A stretch of DNA of 64,000 bases from Planctomycetia bacterium (GCA_031400775.1 JANNQN010000055.1:9056-73055); one strand, 5' to 3'; counted from the stretch's first letter, positions 8,230 through 18,164 are shown. Program-made: numbers and translations. Notes: generated from the sequence alone by a model not told the origin.

Positions 8230-9468
8230 CTATTGAATCGCCGCCTTCGGGATTTCGAAGCGCAGGGGCTCGCTGCCGCTAAAGCCGCTGGGGGGCAGCT
8301 CCAATCGCAAATACTCGATTGCGTCCAACGGCGGCGGAAAAACCAGCTCGGCCTCAGTGAGCTTGCCCGGTCGAAGCGATTGGTCCTGGGGCACGATCTT
8401 GGCGCCGAAGATCATGTGCAGAGGGGTTTGCTTGTAGTTATTGCCGGCATTGTCCGTCAATAGAGCGGTGGCGGTGGCCCCCTGCCCCGACTTTCCCAGA
8501 GCGGCTTCGACGGCCGCTTCCAGCTCTTTCGGCACCAGACCGCCGGCGCCGGTCCAACCGGGCACGTCCACGATCTTGTCGGCCGTCGTGTTCTCGATCG
8601 CCATGCGAACCTTCAACATTGGCTGCGGCTTCTGTCGCTTATTCATGTTGCTCAGATCAGCGTTTTCCAGACGCACCTGTTCGATCTTGGCGGAAATAAT
8701 ACTGGCCCGGATGCCCCCCTGTTCGATCGATTCGCTGATGTCGGTCCAAGCCGGTTCGGGCTCGAGTTCCGGCTCGGGTTCAACCGGCGCGGCCGCGACC
8801 TGCGGCGGCGGCAAGATTGGCTTGGGCAACTGAATGGCAACCGGCGGCGCCGGCGCCGCGGAGAACATACCGAACATGACGCCAAACACGACAGAGAGCA
8901 CCAGGCCCACGACCGAGCTGCTCGTGCCGGCAATGCCCAGGTACAACCCCGAACCCTGGTGCATCGCCGAGAGCACCAATCCAGCGATTCCCAGCACTAG
9001 TCCCAGGCCGCCAACGATGATGCCGATCCACCCCATTGCGCCGAACACGGGCAGCCAAAATGTCGCCAACGCCAACGTGCCCAGGATCAAGGCGACCGCG
9101 GCCAGAATCTTAGCCGGCATCGATCCGGTTGGCTCGGGCGTTGCCTTGGTTGGGGCGCCGAACGAGCCGACCGCCGGTCGCGCTACCGGTGTCGCCACGA
9201 GCGGGGCCGGAGGCGGCGTAATCGGCGGCGCCGCAACCTGAGCCCGTAGCGGCGGAGCGATACCGTCGAGCGGCGATGGCGCAGGTGTCGTCGCTGGTGC
9301 CGCGAACAGTCCCTGCACGCGCGATGCGGGGGTCCAAGCTCCCGCGTCGCCTAAGCGCACGGAGGTGGACTGCGTAATCTTGCCCTCGGTCGCCAGCTTC
9401 TTGAGATTGGCCGAGGTCAGCGGACCGTACTGCTTTCCTCCCTGCTGGACATACCATTGGTGGGCCAT
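8230..9468 (-). CDS. GYF_2 (DUF4339) domain membrane protein
   Basis: N-terminus 'WYVQQGGKQYGPLTSANLKKLATEGKITQSTSVRLGDAGAWTPASRVQGLF', then a Pro-rich linker. About 4 TM helices ('ILAAVALILGTLALATFWLPVFGAMGWIGIIVGGLGLVLGIAGLVL...'), then a ~180-aa C-terminal extracytoplasmic domain. Confidence 0.75.
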   Translation of the reverse strand: MAHQWYVQQGGKQYGPLTSANLKKLATEGKITQSTSVRLGDAGAWTPASRVQGLFAAPATTPAPSPLDGIAPPLRAQVAAPPITPPPAPLVATPVARPAVGSFGAPTKATPEPTGSMPAKILAAVALILGTLALATFWLPVFGAMGWIGIIVGGLGLVLGIAGLVLSAMHQGSGLYLGIAGTSSSVVGLVLSVVFGVMFGMFSAAPAPPVAIQLPKPILPPPQVAAAPVEPEPELEPEPAWTDISESIEQGGIRASIISAKIEQVRLENADLSNMNKRQKPQPMLKVRMAIENTTADKIVDVPGWTGAGGLVPKELEAAVEAALGKSGQGATATALLTDNAGNNYKQTPLHMIFGAKIVPQDQSLRPGKLTEAELVFPPPLDAIEYLRLELPPSGFSGSEPLRFEIPKAAIQ

Positions 9469-9624
9469 TGGCTGGCTCCGGCTTGGATGGAAAGATTTTT
9501 GGATGAGGAACGTCGGCTGTCCGGCGTGAGGTCACCGAGTCGGCGTAGCAGTGGCGTCGCACAGCCCCCAGTCTAAGACCCGGGGAGACTGCCCGCAAAT
9601 ATCGACGCGCAAGGAGATCGGCCG

Positions 9625-10719
9625 CTACAGGCCCGGTGCGACGGGGGGCTCGACGCGGCCGCGATTCAGCGCGTCGATCAATTGCCGCAGGCGCCCGAGA
9701 CTGCGTCGGTTGAAGCGGAAGATCAGCCGAGGTAGCGCTGCCAGGTCCGGTTCGTCCTTTTCCTCGCCCAGCGGTCCGCCCACAGTGAATTCGCCGCCGT
9801 TGACGATGTCGGCGAACTCGACGTTGATGGCCGCCAACAGTTCGGGCGTGGGAGCTTCCTTAAGTCTCAGTGCGAGCTTGTTCTTCACGTAACGCATGCT
9901 CTGGTAGACCTTGAAGAACTGCAGGATTTCGCCGACCGCCGTCTCGACGTTGTCGGTCAGGCGATAAAGCGACAAGTCGTCGGGCGAGATCATTCCCTGG
10001 CCCAGCAGCTTCCGTTCGACATATTGCTGAAACTCGCTCCAGAAGGTGCCGCCGGGTGCATCCAAAAAGACTACCGGCACCATGTCGCGTTTGCCGGTTT
10101 GCAAAAGAGTCAGCACTTCCAGGCCTTCGTCGAGCGTGCCAAAGCCGCCCGGCAACAGACACACTGCGTCGCACTCTTTGACGAACATCAACTTGCGCGT
10201 GAAGAAATACTTCATGTGGACAAGCTTCGTATCGCCGGCGATGATCGGGTTGGCGTATTGCTCGAAGGGGAGCATGATGTTCAGCCCCATCGAGTTTTCG
10301 CGCCCCGCGCCCACGTGCCCGGCTTCCATGATGCCGCTGGCCGCGCCGGTGACGACCAGCCATTTTTGCTCGGCCATGGCTTTGCCAAAGGCGACGGCCT
10401 GCCGATACGCGGCTTCGTCGGGCCGGGTGCGGGCTGAGCCGAACACGGTCACCTTGCGCCGCGAGCGATAGGGAGTGAACACCTTGAAGGCGTATCGCAA
10501 CTCGCGCAGCGTGCGACTGAGCAACTTCAAGTCGCCGCGCGACGTTTGATCGACTGCCAGCTTGTCGGCCGATTCCTTGATCTGGTCGATCAGGTCCGTG
10601 AGTCGCGAGCGATCCAAGTTCCCATTGGGCTGGGCGAGCGTCTGCTCGAGCTTGGCGACGGCCGATGCCACCGGCTCAACCGGCGACTTGCCGTCAGGGG
10701 AACTATCGGTCACGCACAA
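9625..10719 (-). CDS. LOG/TIGR00730 family protein (PpnN-like nucleotide 5'-monophosphate nucleosidase)
   Basis: 'KVTVFGSAR', 'VVTGAASGIMEAGHVGA', 'LLPGGFGTLDEGLEVLTLLQTGK'. Extra N- and C-terminal domains as in long PpnN-type LOG proteins. TTG start at 10719 (alternative GTG at 10713). Confidence 0.8.
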   Translation of the reverse strand: MCVTDSSPDGKSPVEPVASAVAKLEQTLAQPNGNLDRSRLTDLIDQIKESADKLAVDQTSRGDLKLLSRTLRELRYAFKVFTPYRSRRKVTVFGSARTRPDEAAYRQAVAFGKAMAEQKWLVVTGAASGIMEAGHVGAGRENSMGLNIMLPFEQYANPIIAGDTKLVHMKYFFTRKLMFVKECDAVCLLPGGFGTLDEGLEVLTLLQTGKRDMVPVVFLDAPGGTFWSEFQQYVERKLLGQGMISPDDLSLYRLTDNVETAVGEILQFFKVYQSMRYVKNKLALRLKEAPTPELLAAINVEFADIVNGGEFTVGGPLGEEKDEPDLAALPRLIFRFNRRSLGRLRQLIDALNRGRVEPPVAPGL

Positions 10720-10863
10720 TCCTCACGACATGCAGGCAAGTGGAAGTTACAGCGCCCCTGTCAAGGCAAGGCCCGAAACATCGCGGGGCGCCGACTTCCA
10801 ATTATACCCCGCTCGCCGGCCGACTGCGCGCCCGAATTGCACCCTGCGGCGCCCCGCAGCGCG

Positions 10864-10891
10864 TAAAAAAAGCCTGCCGAGTTGGCAGGCT
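10864..10891 (-). terminator. rho-independent terminator (minus strand)
   Basis: The minus strand reads AGCCTGCC-aactc-GGCAGGCT followed by T7. It lies about 45 nt downstream of the stop of the small CDS at 10936. Confidence 0.75.
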
Positions 10892-10935
10892 GTTGTGGGC
10901 GTATCAAGAAATTGAAGAACTTTCGCGCGAATCAC

Positions 10936-11181
10936 TCAAGCCGAAGGCCGGCGGTAGTGCTGATATGCGAGAATCACTTCATACAGATCGGTCGAAATCG
11001 TGACCTGGTCGTCTTCGAAGTCACGCAGCCAGGTCCGTTCCTTGCGAACGGCGTCGGCCAGCAGCGGCAGAATCTCGCCGAGCGGGACGGAAACCGAATC
11101 CTTGGTTTCCTTGGCTTCGCTGACGGTCGCACAGACATCGCTCTGGGGACCGTAATACACTCGCAATTGGCTTCGAGCCAT
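10936..11181 (-). CDS. small hypothetical protein (81 aa)
   Basis: ORF 10936-11211; internal ATG at 11181 ('MARSQLRVYYGP...'). Balanced, non-Arg-rich composition. It has its own terminator immediately downstream. Confidence 0.55.
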   Translation of the reverse strand: MARSQLRVYYGPQSDVCATVSEAKETKDSVSVPLGEILPLLADAVRKERTWLRDFEDDQVTISTDLYEVILAYQHYRRPSA

Positions 11182-11462
11182 GAGACGCTTCCTTACGTCA
11201 AAGGACCTCAATAAGCACTCAGCGGAAACCTTGAGGCGACGGTTTCTCGCAGGGAAGCATGCACGTGATGCTATCTACGTCCGCCCCCCGCGCCTTTGTA
11301 TCGGCAAAGAGCATGCTGAGGGTTTGCTTCAATTGTCCGAAGTTGACGTTTTTTCTCGGCGACCTTGTGGCAGCGGTAAAGCCGGGCGGACCGGTCGCAC
11401 GCGCGGTAAGGGTTCGTTGGGTAATCTGGGAAAAGATGCTGGTTCAGAAGACGGCTCGATCC

Positions 11463-11491
11463 TTGACAACGATACCCGCAAGCGCTAGATT
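11463..11491 (+). promoter_or_regulatory. candidate sigma-70-type promoter for tex (TTGACA-N17-TAGATT)
   Basis: Perfect -35 hexamer at 11463-11468, 17-nt spacer, -10-like TAGATT at 11486-11491. It lies about 68 nt upstream of the tex ATG. Confidence 0.35.
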
Positions 11492-11558
11492 GCCATGCTG
11501 TCAAGTCAAACGCAGCTAAACATTTGCGTCAAGTCTTACCGCGACGCGTAGATTCTGC

Positions 11559-14183
11559 ATGGGCAGCACGAACACGATCGCCATCGATCTGCGACCGGTG
11601 GCGCAAGCACTGCAATTTTCGTTGCGGCAAGTCGAGTGCGTCGTCGAATTGCTCGATGCTGGCAACACGGTGCCGTTCATCACGCGCTACCGTAAAGACC
11701 AGACCGGCGGCCTGGACGAAGAGCAGATCCGCCAGATCGAATCGCGGCTCATCAGGATGCGGCTGCTGGGCGAGCGCAAGCAAACGATCCTGCGCTCGAT
11801 CGAATCGCAAGGAAAGCTGACGGCCGAGCTGGCCGCTGAAATCGAGGCCGCGCAGAGCACCAAGCGGCTCGAAGACCTATATCTGCCGTTCAAGCCCAAG
11901 AAGCAGACCCTGGCCACCGTGGCTCGCGAGCGCGGCCTGGAACCGCTGGCCGAGGAAGTCTTGGCGGCCTCGCAGGCTTGCGCCGATCTCGACCTACGAG
12001 CCGCCGATTTCGTCAATCCCGATCGCGGAGTTACCAGCGCGGCCGACGCGCTACTGGGCGTGGGGCATATCCTGGCAGAGGGACTGAGCGAACGGGCCGA
12101 TCTGCGACACAAGCTGCGGCAGGTCCTCAACCGCACCGGCAAGCTGGTTAGCGCCCGCGGCGAAGCCGACGAAAAGCTGGCCCAAGGATTCCGCGATTAT
12201 TTTGAGTTCAACGAAACGCTGGAGCGCGTGCCGCAGCATCGCGTGTTGGCGATCAATCGCGGCGAGAAAGCCAAGGCGCTCAGGGTCAAGATCGAAGCCG
12301 ATCTCGAGGCCATGCAGGCGGCCGTCGACGAATCGGTCTGCCCCGCCGATCATCCGCATGCCGACTTCCTCCGCGGCTGCGGACGCGATGCGCTCGCGCG
12401 ATTGGTCTTTCCCAGCCTAGAACGCGAGGTGCGCCGCGAATTGACCGATTGGGCCGAGTCGCACGCCGTCGAAGTATTCGCCCGCAACCTTCGCAACTTG
12501 CTGTTGCAGAAACCGGTTTGCGGCCGGCGGGTGTTGGGGATCGATCCGGGCTTCAAGAGCGGATGCAAGCTGGCCGCGCTCAATGAGTTTGGCAATCTGC
12601 TGGATCAGGCCGTCATCCACCTGATCGGCAAGCCCGAGCGAAAGCAGGAGGGCCGCGCGAAACTGGTTGAGATGATCAAGCAGCACGATCTCAGCCTGGC
12701 CGTGATCGGCAACGGCACGGCCTGTCGCGAGACGGAAGAGTTGATGTCCGAAATTCTGGCAGTCGAGCTGGCGGGCACGGGCGTAGCCTACGTGATCGTC
12801 AACGAGGCCGGCGCCAGCGTGTATTCGACCAGCCCGCTGGGGCGCGAGGAGTTTCCCGAGTACGACGCCACTCTGCGCGGCGCGATATCGATCGGACGTC
12901 GAATCCAGGACCCGCTCAGCGAATTGGTGAAGATCGATCCAGCCAGCATTGGCGTGGGCATGTATCAGCACGACGTAAAGGCTAAGCATCTGCGCACGTC
13001 GTTGGACGCGGTGGTCGAGTCGTGCGTCAACTACGTGGGCGTGGACTTGAATACGGCCAGCCCGGCGCTGTTGCGCTACGTTTCGGGCTTGAATCAATTG
13101 ACGGCCCGGCGGGTGTACGATTACCGCGCTCAGAACGGCCCGTTTCGCAATCGCGAGCAGCTCAAGGAAGTGCCCGGGTTTGGCGAGGCGGCGTTCGTGC
13201 AGTCGGCCGGTTTTTTGAAGATCGCCGGCGGCGACAATCCGCTGGACGCGACCTGGATTCATCCGGAGAGTTACGAGCTGGCCGAGCATGTGCTGGCGAA
13301 GTTGGATCGCCGTGTGCCGGACCTGGCCGAGAAGGAAACCGCCGGGCAGATCGCCGAGCGGGCGGCGCAACTGCAACTCGACGAGCTGGCCGGGCAGCTC
13401 AATGCCGGCGCCATGCTGCTCAAAGACATTTTGGCACAACTGGCTCGCCCCGGGCGCGATCCGCGCGAGGATCTGAACCCGCCGATCTTCAAGAAGGGCG
13501 TAATCAAGCTCGACGATTTGACTCCGGCGATGGAACTGGCCGGCACCGTACTGAACGTGGTCGATTTCGGCGCGTTTGTCGATATCGGCCTGCACGACAC
13601 GGGTCTGGTACACATCAGCCAACTGGCGAATAAATACGTGCGTGATCCGCACGAAGTGGTTTCGGTCGGCGACATTGTGAAGGTCTGGGTTCACGAGATC
13701 GACAAGACCCGCCGCCGCGTATCGCTGACGATGATCGCCCCGGGTACCGAACGAACGCAACCGCAGCGCCGAGAAAAGCGCAAGGGAGACGGAAAGCGGG
13801 GCAGGGCAGGGACTCAGGCTCCGGCTGGGGGCCCGGAAGGCGCTGCCGCGACAGCCGTCGCCGAAGAGACCCCGACCGTCGCGCCGCCCGATCGCCGCCC
13901 CTCGCGTCCCCAGCGACAGCCAGAGCAGCGTCGGCCACAGCAGCGGCCTCCACCACAGGGCGGCCCCGGGCGGGCTGGAGACCAAGGCTCGCGTCCGCCG
14001 CAGCCCAAGTTCAAGACTCGTAGCGATCACAAGCCCAAGCCGAAACCGCTGGTGCCATTGACCACCGAGATGAAGGCCGGCAAAGCGCCCTTGCGAACCT
14101 TCGGCGATTTGAAACAATTCTTCGAGTTGCCGCCCGACGAACCGGCCGACGGCGGCACGAGCGCTCCGCAGTCGGAAAACTGA
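11559..14183 (+). CDS. tex: Tex-like RNA-binding transcription accessory protein with a long Pro/Arg/Gln-rich C-terminal tail
   Basis: 874 aa. 'VPFITRYRKDQTGGLDEEQIR'; YqgF/RNaseH-like 'VLGIDPGFKSGCKLAALNEFG'. S1 domain 'GTVLNVVDFGAFVDIGLHDTGLVHISQLANKYV'. The last ~140 aa are low complexity. Confidence 0.9.
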   Translation: MGSTNTIAIDLRPVAQALQFSLRQVECVVELLDAGNTVPFITRYRKDQTGGLDEEQIRQIESRLIRMRLLGERKQTILRSIESQGKLTAELAAEIEAAQSTKRLEDLYLPFKPKKQTLATVARERGLEPLAEEVLAASQACADLDLRAADFVNPDRGVTSAADALLGVGHILAEGLSERADLRHKLRQVLNRTGKLVSARGEADEKLAQGFRDYFEFNETLERVPQHRVLAINRGEKAKALRVKIEADLEAMQAAVDESVCPADHPHADFLRGCGRDALARLVFPSLEREVRRELTDWAESHAVEVFARNLRNLLLQKPVCGRRVLGIDPGFKSGCKLAALNEFGNLLDQAVIHLIGKPERKQEGRAKLVEMIKQHDLSLAVIGNGTACRETEELMSEILAVELAGTGVAYVIVNEAGASVYSTSPLGREEFPEYDATLRGAISIGRRIQDPLSELVKIDPASIGVGMYQHDVKAKHLRTSLDAVVESCVNYVGVDLNTASPALLRYVSGLNQLTARRVYDYRAQNGPFRNREQLKEVPGFGEAAFVQSAGFLKIAGGDNPLDATWIHPESYELAEHVLAKLDRRVPDLAEKETAGQIAERAAQLQLDELAGQLNAGAMLLKDILAQLARPGRDPREDLNPPIFKKGVIKLDDLTPAMELAGTVLNVVDFGAFVDIGLHDTGLVHISQLANKYVRDPHEVVSVGDIVKVWVHEIDKTRRRVSLTMIAPGTERTQPQRREKRKGDGKRGRAGTQAPAGGPEGAAATAVAEETPTVAPPDRRPSRPQRQPEQRRPQQRPPPQGGPGRAGDQGSRPPQPKFKTRSDHKPKPKPLVPLTTEMKAGKAPLRTFGDLKQFFELPPDEPADGGTSAPQSEN

Positions 14184-14304
14184 TCCGCGACGGCTGGCGG
14201 TCGCCGCCCTGCTCGTCCGAACCAGCGTGGGTCTGCGATTCACGGTCGATCCGGTCGACCGCTCGAAACTTTTCCCACTCCGCGCATTCAATAAGCAGCA
14301 AACG

Positions 14305-14787
14305 ATGGACTTCCAAGAGCGGCTCGAAAAGGCGATTCAACGCGGACAACGCACTCAAGACGCCGAAGCGCGCGCCCGGGCCGAGCAGGCGATGGGCGAG
14401 GAGGAGCTCAAGCGGCTCCACTCGCAGTATCGACTCGAGCTGTCCGAGCATATCGAGCAATCCATGCGGCAGCTCGCGCTGCAATTTCCGGGCTTTCGCT
14501 TCGAGACCCTGGTGGGCGCGGCCGGCTGGGGCGCGGCGATCAGCCGCGATAACCTGGTGATGTCGTCCGGCCGCCGGGAAAATTACTTCAGCCGCCTGGA
14601 GGTCGTGGTCCGCCCGTTCGCCTCGTCGCATGTGCTCGAATTGGCCGCCAAGGGCACGATCCGCAACAAGGAGACCTTCAACCGCAACCAGTACCAGATG
14701 CTCTCGCACGTCGACATGGCCTCGTTCGGCGAGGTCGTCGACCGCTGGATCCTGGAATACGCGGAACTGTATGCCGCCAAGGGCTGA
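14305..14787 (+). CDS. hypothetical protein (160 aa)
   Basis: ORF 14227-14787; first ATG at 14305 ('MDFQERLEKAIQRG'). Protein-like composition; no motif recognised. Confidence 0.5.
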   Translation: MDFQERLEKAIQRGQRTQDAEARARAEQAMGEEELKRLHSQYRLELSEHIEQSMRQLALQFPGFRFETLVGAAGWGAAISRDNLVMSSGRRENYFSRLEVVVRPFASSHVLELAAKGTIRNKETFNRNQYQMLSHVDMASFGEVVDRWILEYAELYAAKG

Positions 14788-14827
14788 CTGCCGCAGGCCA
14801 CCCTGGCAATTGGGCAGGGGAGCGCCC

Positions 14828-15658
14828 CTAAACTTCGGCCGGCGCCAGCGCCAGCATCTTGAGCGCTTCGAGGCTCGAAATCATGTCGTCGCTCGAAATC
14901 TCGCTCCAGCCCGAAAGCTTGTGGCGCAGGATGCACAGCTTATAGGCTTCGAAGGCGTCGTTCACGTCGGCCGGCAGCGGCGGCAGATTCTCGAACGGGC
15001 GGACCCCCTCACTGCGCTCGGCTGACTTGGCCTGCTCTCGCTCGTCGCCATCGTCGAATTCGCTGCGGTCGTAGCCCTCCTCTCCGTCGTCCTCGCTCTC
15101 GCTGCTGCGCTTTGGCGTGTGAACCGCGGCGATCGTGCCGGAGGTGACCTCGTGCGAGGCGTCGTCGCTGTCGGCGTCGTCATCCCAGGGAACCGATTGG
15201 CTCGTCTCTTCCTCGCGTGGCTCTTCTTCGCTGGCGCCCCCTTGCGCCTCCCAGCGCTGGTGTCGCATCGCGGAAATGGACCAGCCGCTCTGCACGGCTC
15301 CCTCAAGCCACATTTCGGCGTCGTCCCAATCCAGCGCGGCCTGAAAATGACTCCAATACAGCCCCGGGTAGCCGTCCCGCGTGGCGGCAAATCGCTCGCT
15401 GGCGCGGCGCAATCGGCCCACGTGCTGCGGCGTAACGTTGCCGACGCGCCGGCTCCAGGCCTCGTCCGAATACTCCGACGCCGGAGCGCCCGAGGCTTGC
15501 AGAGCGTCTCGCCAATCGCAGATGATCTTGCCTTTCTCCCAGTTAGTCGTGCTGACCAACCGCTTCCATTGGTCCAAGTATTCAATCGAAGTCCGATCAA
15601 CGAGCGCGGAATCCATGCGTCGGGGTGCTTCCTGAGAGAAGGGGATCGCGATTGCCAA
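14828..15658 (-). CDS. hypothetical protein with a putative N-terminal DNA-binding-like region and a central acidic tract
   Basis: 276-aa ORF (TTG at 15658; ATG alternative at 15616). 'LYWSHFQAALDWDDAEMWLEGAVQSGWSISAMR' recalls the 'SWSH...WSVRxL' motif of YhcG-N/DUF3102-type helical DNA-binding domains (from memory, weak). Followed by an Asp/Glu/Ser-rich segment. Confidence 0.55.
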   Translation of the reverse strand: MAIAIPFSQEAPRRMDSALVDRTSIEYLDQWKRLVSTTNWEKGKIICDWRDALQASGAPASEYSDEAWSRRVGNVTPQHVGRLRRASERFAATRDGYPGLYWSHFQAALDWDDAEMWLEGAVQSGWSISAMRHQRWEAQGGASEEEPREEETSQSVPWDDDADSDDASHEVTSGTIAAVHTPKRSSESEDDGEEGYDRSEFDDGDEREQAKSAERSEGVRPFENLPPLPADVNDAFEAYKLCILRHKLSGWSEISSDDMISSLEALKMLALAPAEV

Positions 15659-15897
15659 GGGGCCGTATCGACCGGCGACGGCGCGATTCTATCAAACGTT
15701 GTTCAGTCAGCCAGCCGCCGGCCGCGGACAAAAGCAGAAATGCGCGTTCGCGCCCCGTCACAACCGCTAAGGGCGACAATCTTTCCATGTCCGTCGCGCG
15801 CTCGGAGTGCAGTCCAAAACGATTGGGGAAAACTTGTCGATCCCAATCGCGAGTTCGCAAATCCCAGCCCGTCGTACGTAAGCCTCCATCGGACGTG

Positions 15898-16116
15898 CTA
15901 CGGCGCGGGCGTGGGCGCAATCTCGACCGATTGGAAACCGCAGGTGTTGTGCGTTCCATCGCAAAAAGGGCGACGGCTCGACTGGCCACAGCGGCACAAA
16001 GCCACGTTCGGCTTGGCAGGATTCAGCGGAAATGGATTGCCGTGCTGATCGATGATCGTGACTTCGCCTTCAATCAAGAGCGGGCCATTGGGACGCACGC
16101 GAATGGTGACCGGCAT
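15898..16116 (-). CDS. CDGSH iron-sulfur domain protein (72 aa)
   Basis: 'CRCGQSSRRPFCDGTH' CDGSH motif. ATG at 16116 preceded by 'GAGGA'. The upstream in-frame extension to 16272 is Arg/Gly-rich and implausible. Confidence 0.8.
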   Translation of the reverse strand: MPVTIRVRPNGPLLIEGEVTIIDQHGNPFPLNPAKPNVALCRCGQSSRRPFCDGTHNTCGFQSVEIAPTPAP

Positions 16117-16275
16117 GAGATATTCCTCGGCTCGATTTTCCTTGCTTGACGCATGCCCCGCGGGCTGCCGTCCCAAGAGTCTACCGCCACCGGGGACGAA
16201 TGCACAACGTCCGCAATCGCGAATCGGCGGGCCGCGATCGACCAATTTCCCTTGATGCTGGGCACGCGGCATCCG

Positions 16276-17388
16276 CTACGGCTTGGCTTTACCGTCGGCG
16301 GGCGCTACCGGAGCCGACTCCGGCGCTGAAGCTTCCAGCACGATCCTGAGCGGACGGATCGTTGTGACTTTTTGCGCGACCTTGTCGGACTCAACAGCGC
16401 GTCCGGCTTCGGATCGGTGCTCTTCGGAGTTCGCGTCGCCGTCCGTCCGCTTGGCCGCCGCGCCGACGACACTGCGAGCCAAAGCTTCGATCTTCCTGAC
16501 CTGGTCCGATTTCGCGCCCAGCTCGGCAAGTATCTTGTCCCGTTGCTCGTCTGAAACGCGCAGCACGTAAGCCTTCCGCCCGAGGGGTGAAGCGGCTTTC
16601 ATCGACAAGGAATCGGCTGCGGCCGGTTCGTCGCGTTCTTTGAAATTAATGCCGAACGATGGATCGGCGGGGTTGTCGGCAGACCAAACAATCTGACTCT
16701 TGGCGAGCATCTTTTCGAGAGAATTCTCGCGGAGAAACTCAGGCGAGACCCGATAGACGATGGTTTCCAACTGTGGATTCGACGTGTCGGCGTCCTTCAA
16801 TTCCCTGCCGGCTGCGACTTCTCCGGGCGTGGCTGCATATCGCGACATCGCCGCCGAAGGCTTCGCCACGGCCGTCGAATTCTGAGCCGGCGACGCCGCG
16901 GACGTTTGCGGCTGAGCCTCGGCGGCTAGCTTAGCCGATGGCACCTCTTGACGGGCGGCGATCGATGTCGGTCCTTTGGGTGCTTGCGCGACTTCGCGAG
17001 GAGCCGGGGCTTGCTGGGCGTCGAACAGCATCACAACTAATGCTGCCGCGACCGCCACCGCGGGCCATGCCAACCGCCGCCAGCCTGCGCCGCGTAGCCA
17101 CAATGGTATTTTCGAGGCGGGACGAATGTCGCTTGCATTGGGTCCCCGCGCGGCGCCCCCAGCCAACACGGTTTGCTCCGCACGGCGCAACACCGCCGCT
17201 TGGAGATCTTGCGTCAGTTGGTGTCGCGGCAACGCCTGGATGCTCGCCCCCAGCGCTTTCAGCTCGTCGTGCAACTGCCGAAGCTCGGGGCTCTCGGCCA
17301 GCCACCTTTCGACCTGGGCGCGTTCCTCGACGGAGATCTCGCCATCCAGGTAGGCGCTGATCATTTCTTCGCGGCGTTCAGGGTTCAT
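16276..17388 (-). CDS. anti-sigma factor (single-pass membrane protein)
   Basis: ATG at 17388 gives 'MNPERREEMISAYLDGEISVEERAQVERWLAESPELRQLHDELKAL', a typical anti-sigma N-terminus. TM helix 'LAWPAVAVAAALVVMLF'. It lies directly downstream of the ECF sigma gene. Confidence 0.7.
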   Translation of the reverse strand: MNPERREEMISAYLDGEISVEERAQVERWLAESPELRQLHDELKALGASIQALPRHQLTQDLQAAVLRRAEQTVLAGGAARGPNASDIRPASKIPLWLRGAGWRRLAWPAVAVAAALVVMLFDAQQAPAPREVAQAPKGPTSIAARQEVPSAKLAAEAQPQTSAASPAQNSTAVAKPSAAMSRYAATPGEVAAGRELKDADTSNPQLETIVYRVSPEFLRENSLEKMLAKSQIVWSADNPADPSFGINFKERDEPAAADSLSMKAASPLGRKAYVLRVSDEQRDKILAELGAKSDQVRKIEALARSVVGAAAKRTDGDANSEEHRSEAGRAVESDKVAQKVTTIRPLRIVLEASAPESAPVAPADGKAKP

Positions 17389-17426
17389 GGGGTTTTGCCG
17401 GCTTGCGGCGCCGGCCAGCGAGGATT

Positions 17427-18089
17427 TTACTTCGCTTCCTCTTGAAAACTTCCCTTCAGTTGATCGCGCAACTGCAGCCGCGCGCGATACAAGCGGCTGC
17501 GAATCGTGCCGATCGGCAAGTCCAGGATTTCGGCAATTTGCTCGTAGGCACAACCGTCGATCTCTCGCAGAATCAATATCGCCCGGTGCTCTTCGCTCAA
17601 CGTCGCTAGCGCCGCCCGCACCTGGCAGGCGCGCTCTTGCTGCTCCAGCCGCGCGGTGGGCGACGCGCCTCGGTCGACCGGCTCGTGGCCCAGCGCCTCG
17701 CGGGCATGCTCGACCGACACGGTCGGTTTGTCGCGGCGACGGTAGCTGATGGCCATGTTCATCGCGATGCGGTACAGCCAGGTATAAAAACCGCTGGCCC
17801 GTTCGAACGTCTCGAGCTTCACGTATGCCTGCACCAACGCATCTTGTGCCACGTCGCGCGCCGCATCGGCCGACCCCACCACGTGGACCAGCGTGTTGTA
17901 CAACCGGTCCTGGTAGCGAGTAACCAATTGCCCAAACGCAGCCGAATCGCCGCCGAGCGCTTCGTCGATGAGCTGCCCGTCGGTTTTCACAACCGCTCCG
18001 ATCAATTGGACGCGAAAGTGGCGGCTAAAGTTCCCTATCGCCCCGTTTCGCGGCATGTCGGGTCGAAATTCGCGGCGATTCCGGGCCAT
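17427..18089 (-). CDS. ECF-type RNA polymerase sigma-70 family factor
   Basis: Region 2 'FGQLVTRYQDRLYNTLVHVVGSADAARDVAQDALVQAY...FYTWLYRIAMN'. Region 4 'EHRAILILREIDGCAYEQIAEILDLPIGTIRSRLYRAR'. Confidence 0.9.
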   Translation of the reverse strand: MARNRREFRPDMPRNGAIGNFSRHFRVQLIGAVVKTDGQLIDEALGGDSAAFGQLVTRYQDRLYNTLVHVVGSADAARDVAQDALVQAYVKLETFERASGFYTWLYRIAMNMAISYRRRDKPTVSVEHAREALGHEPVDRGASPTARLEQQERACQVRAALATLSEEHRAILILREIDGCAYEQIAEILDLPIGTIRSRLYRARLQLRDQLKGSFQEEAK

Positions 18090-18164
18090 TGTTCGCTCTG
18101 CGGCCCGCTTGTGTCAAATCCGGCTGGATTCCTCAGGCGTACAGTCAAAAGCCAAATCGGGCTG

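Noticed and set aside
12417-14291. Very long antisense ORFs: 624 aa opposite tex here. Others are 5392-6558(-), 28802-30397(+), 33628-34941(+), 45217-46500(-) and 49392-51344(+).
   Set aside because: - Their Arg/Ala/Gly/Pro-rich, low-complexity composition is typical of non-coding frames in GC-rich DNA.
- No motifs are present.
- Each lies fully antisense to a gene with strong family signatures.
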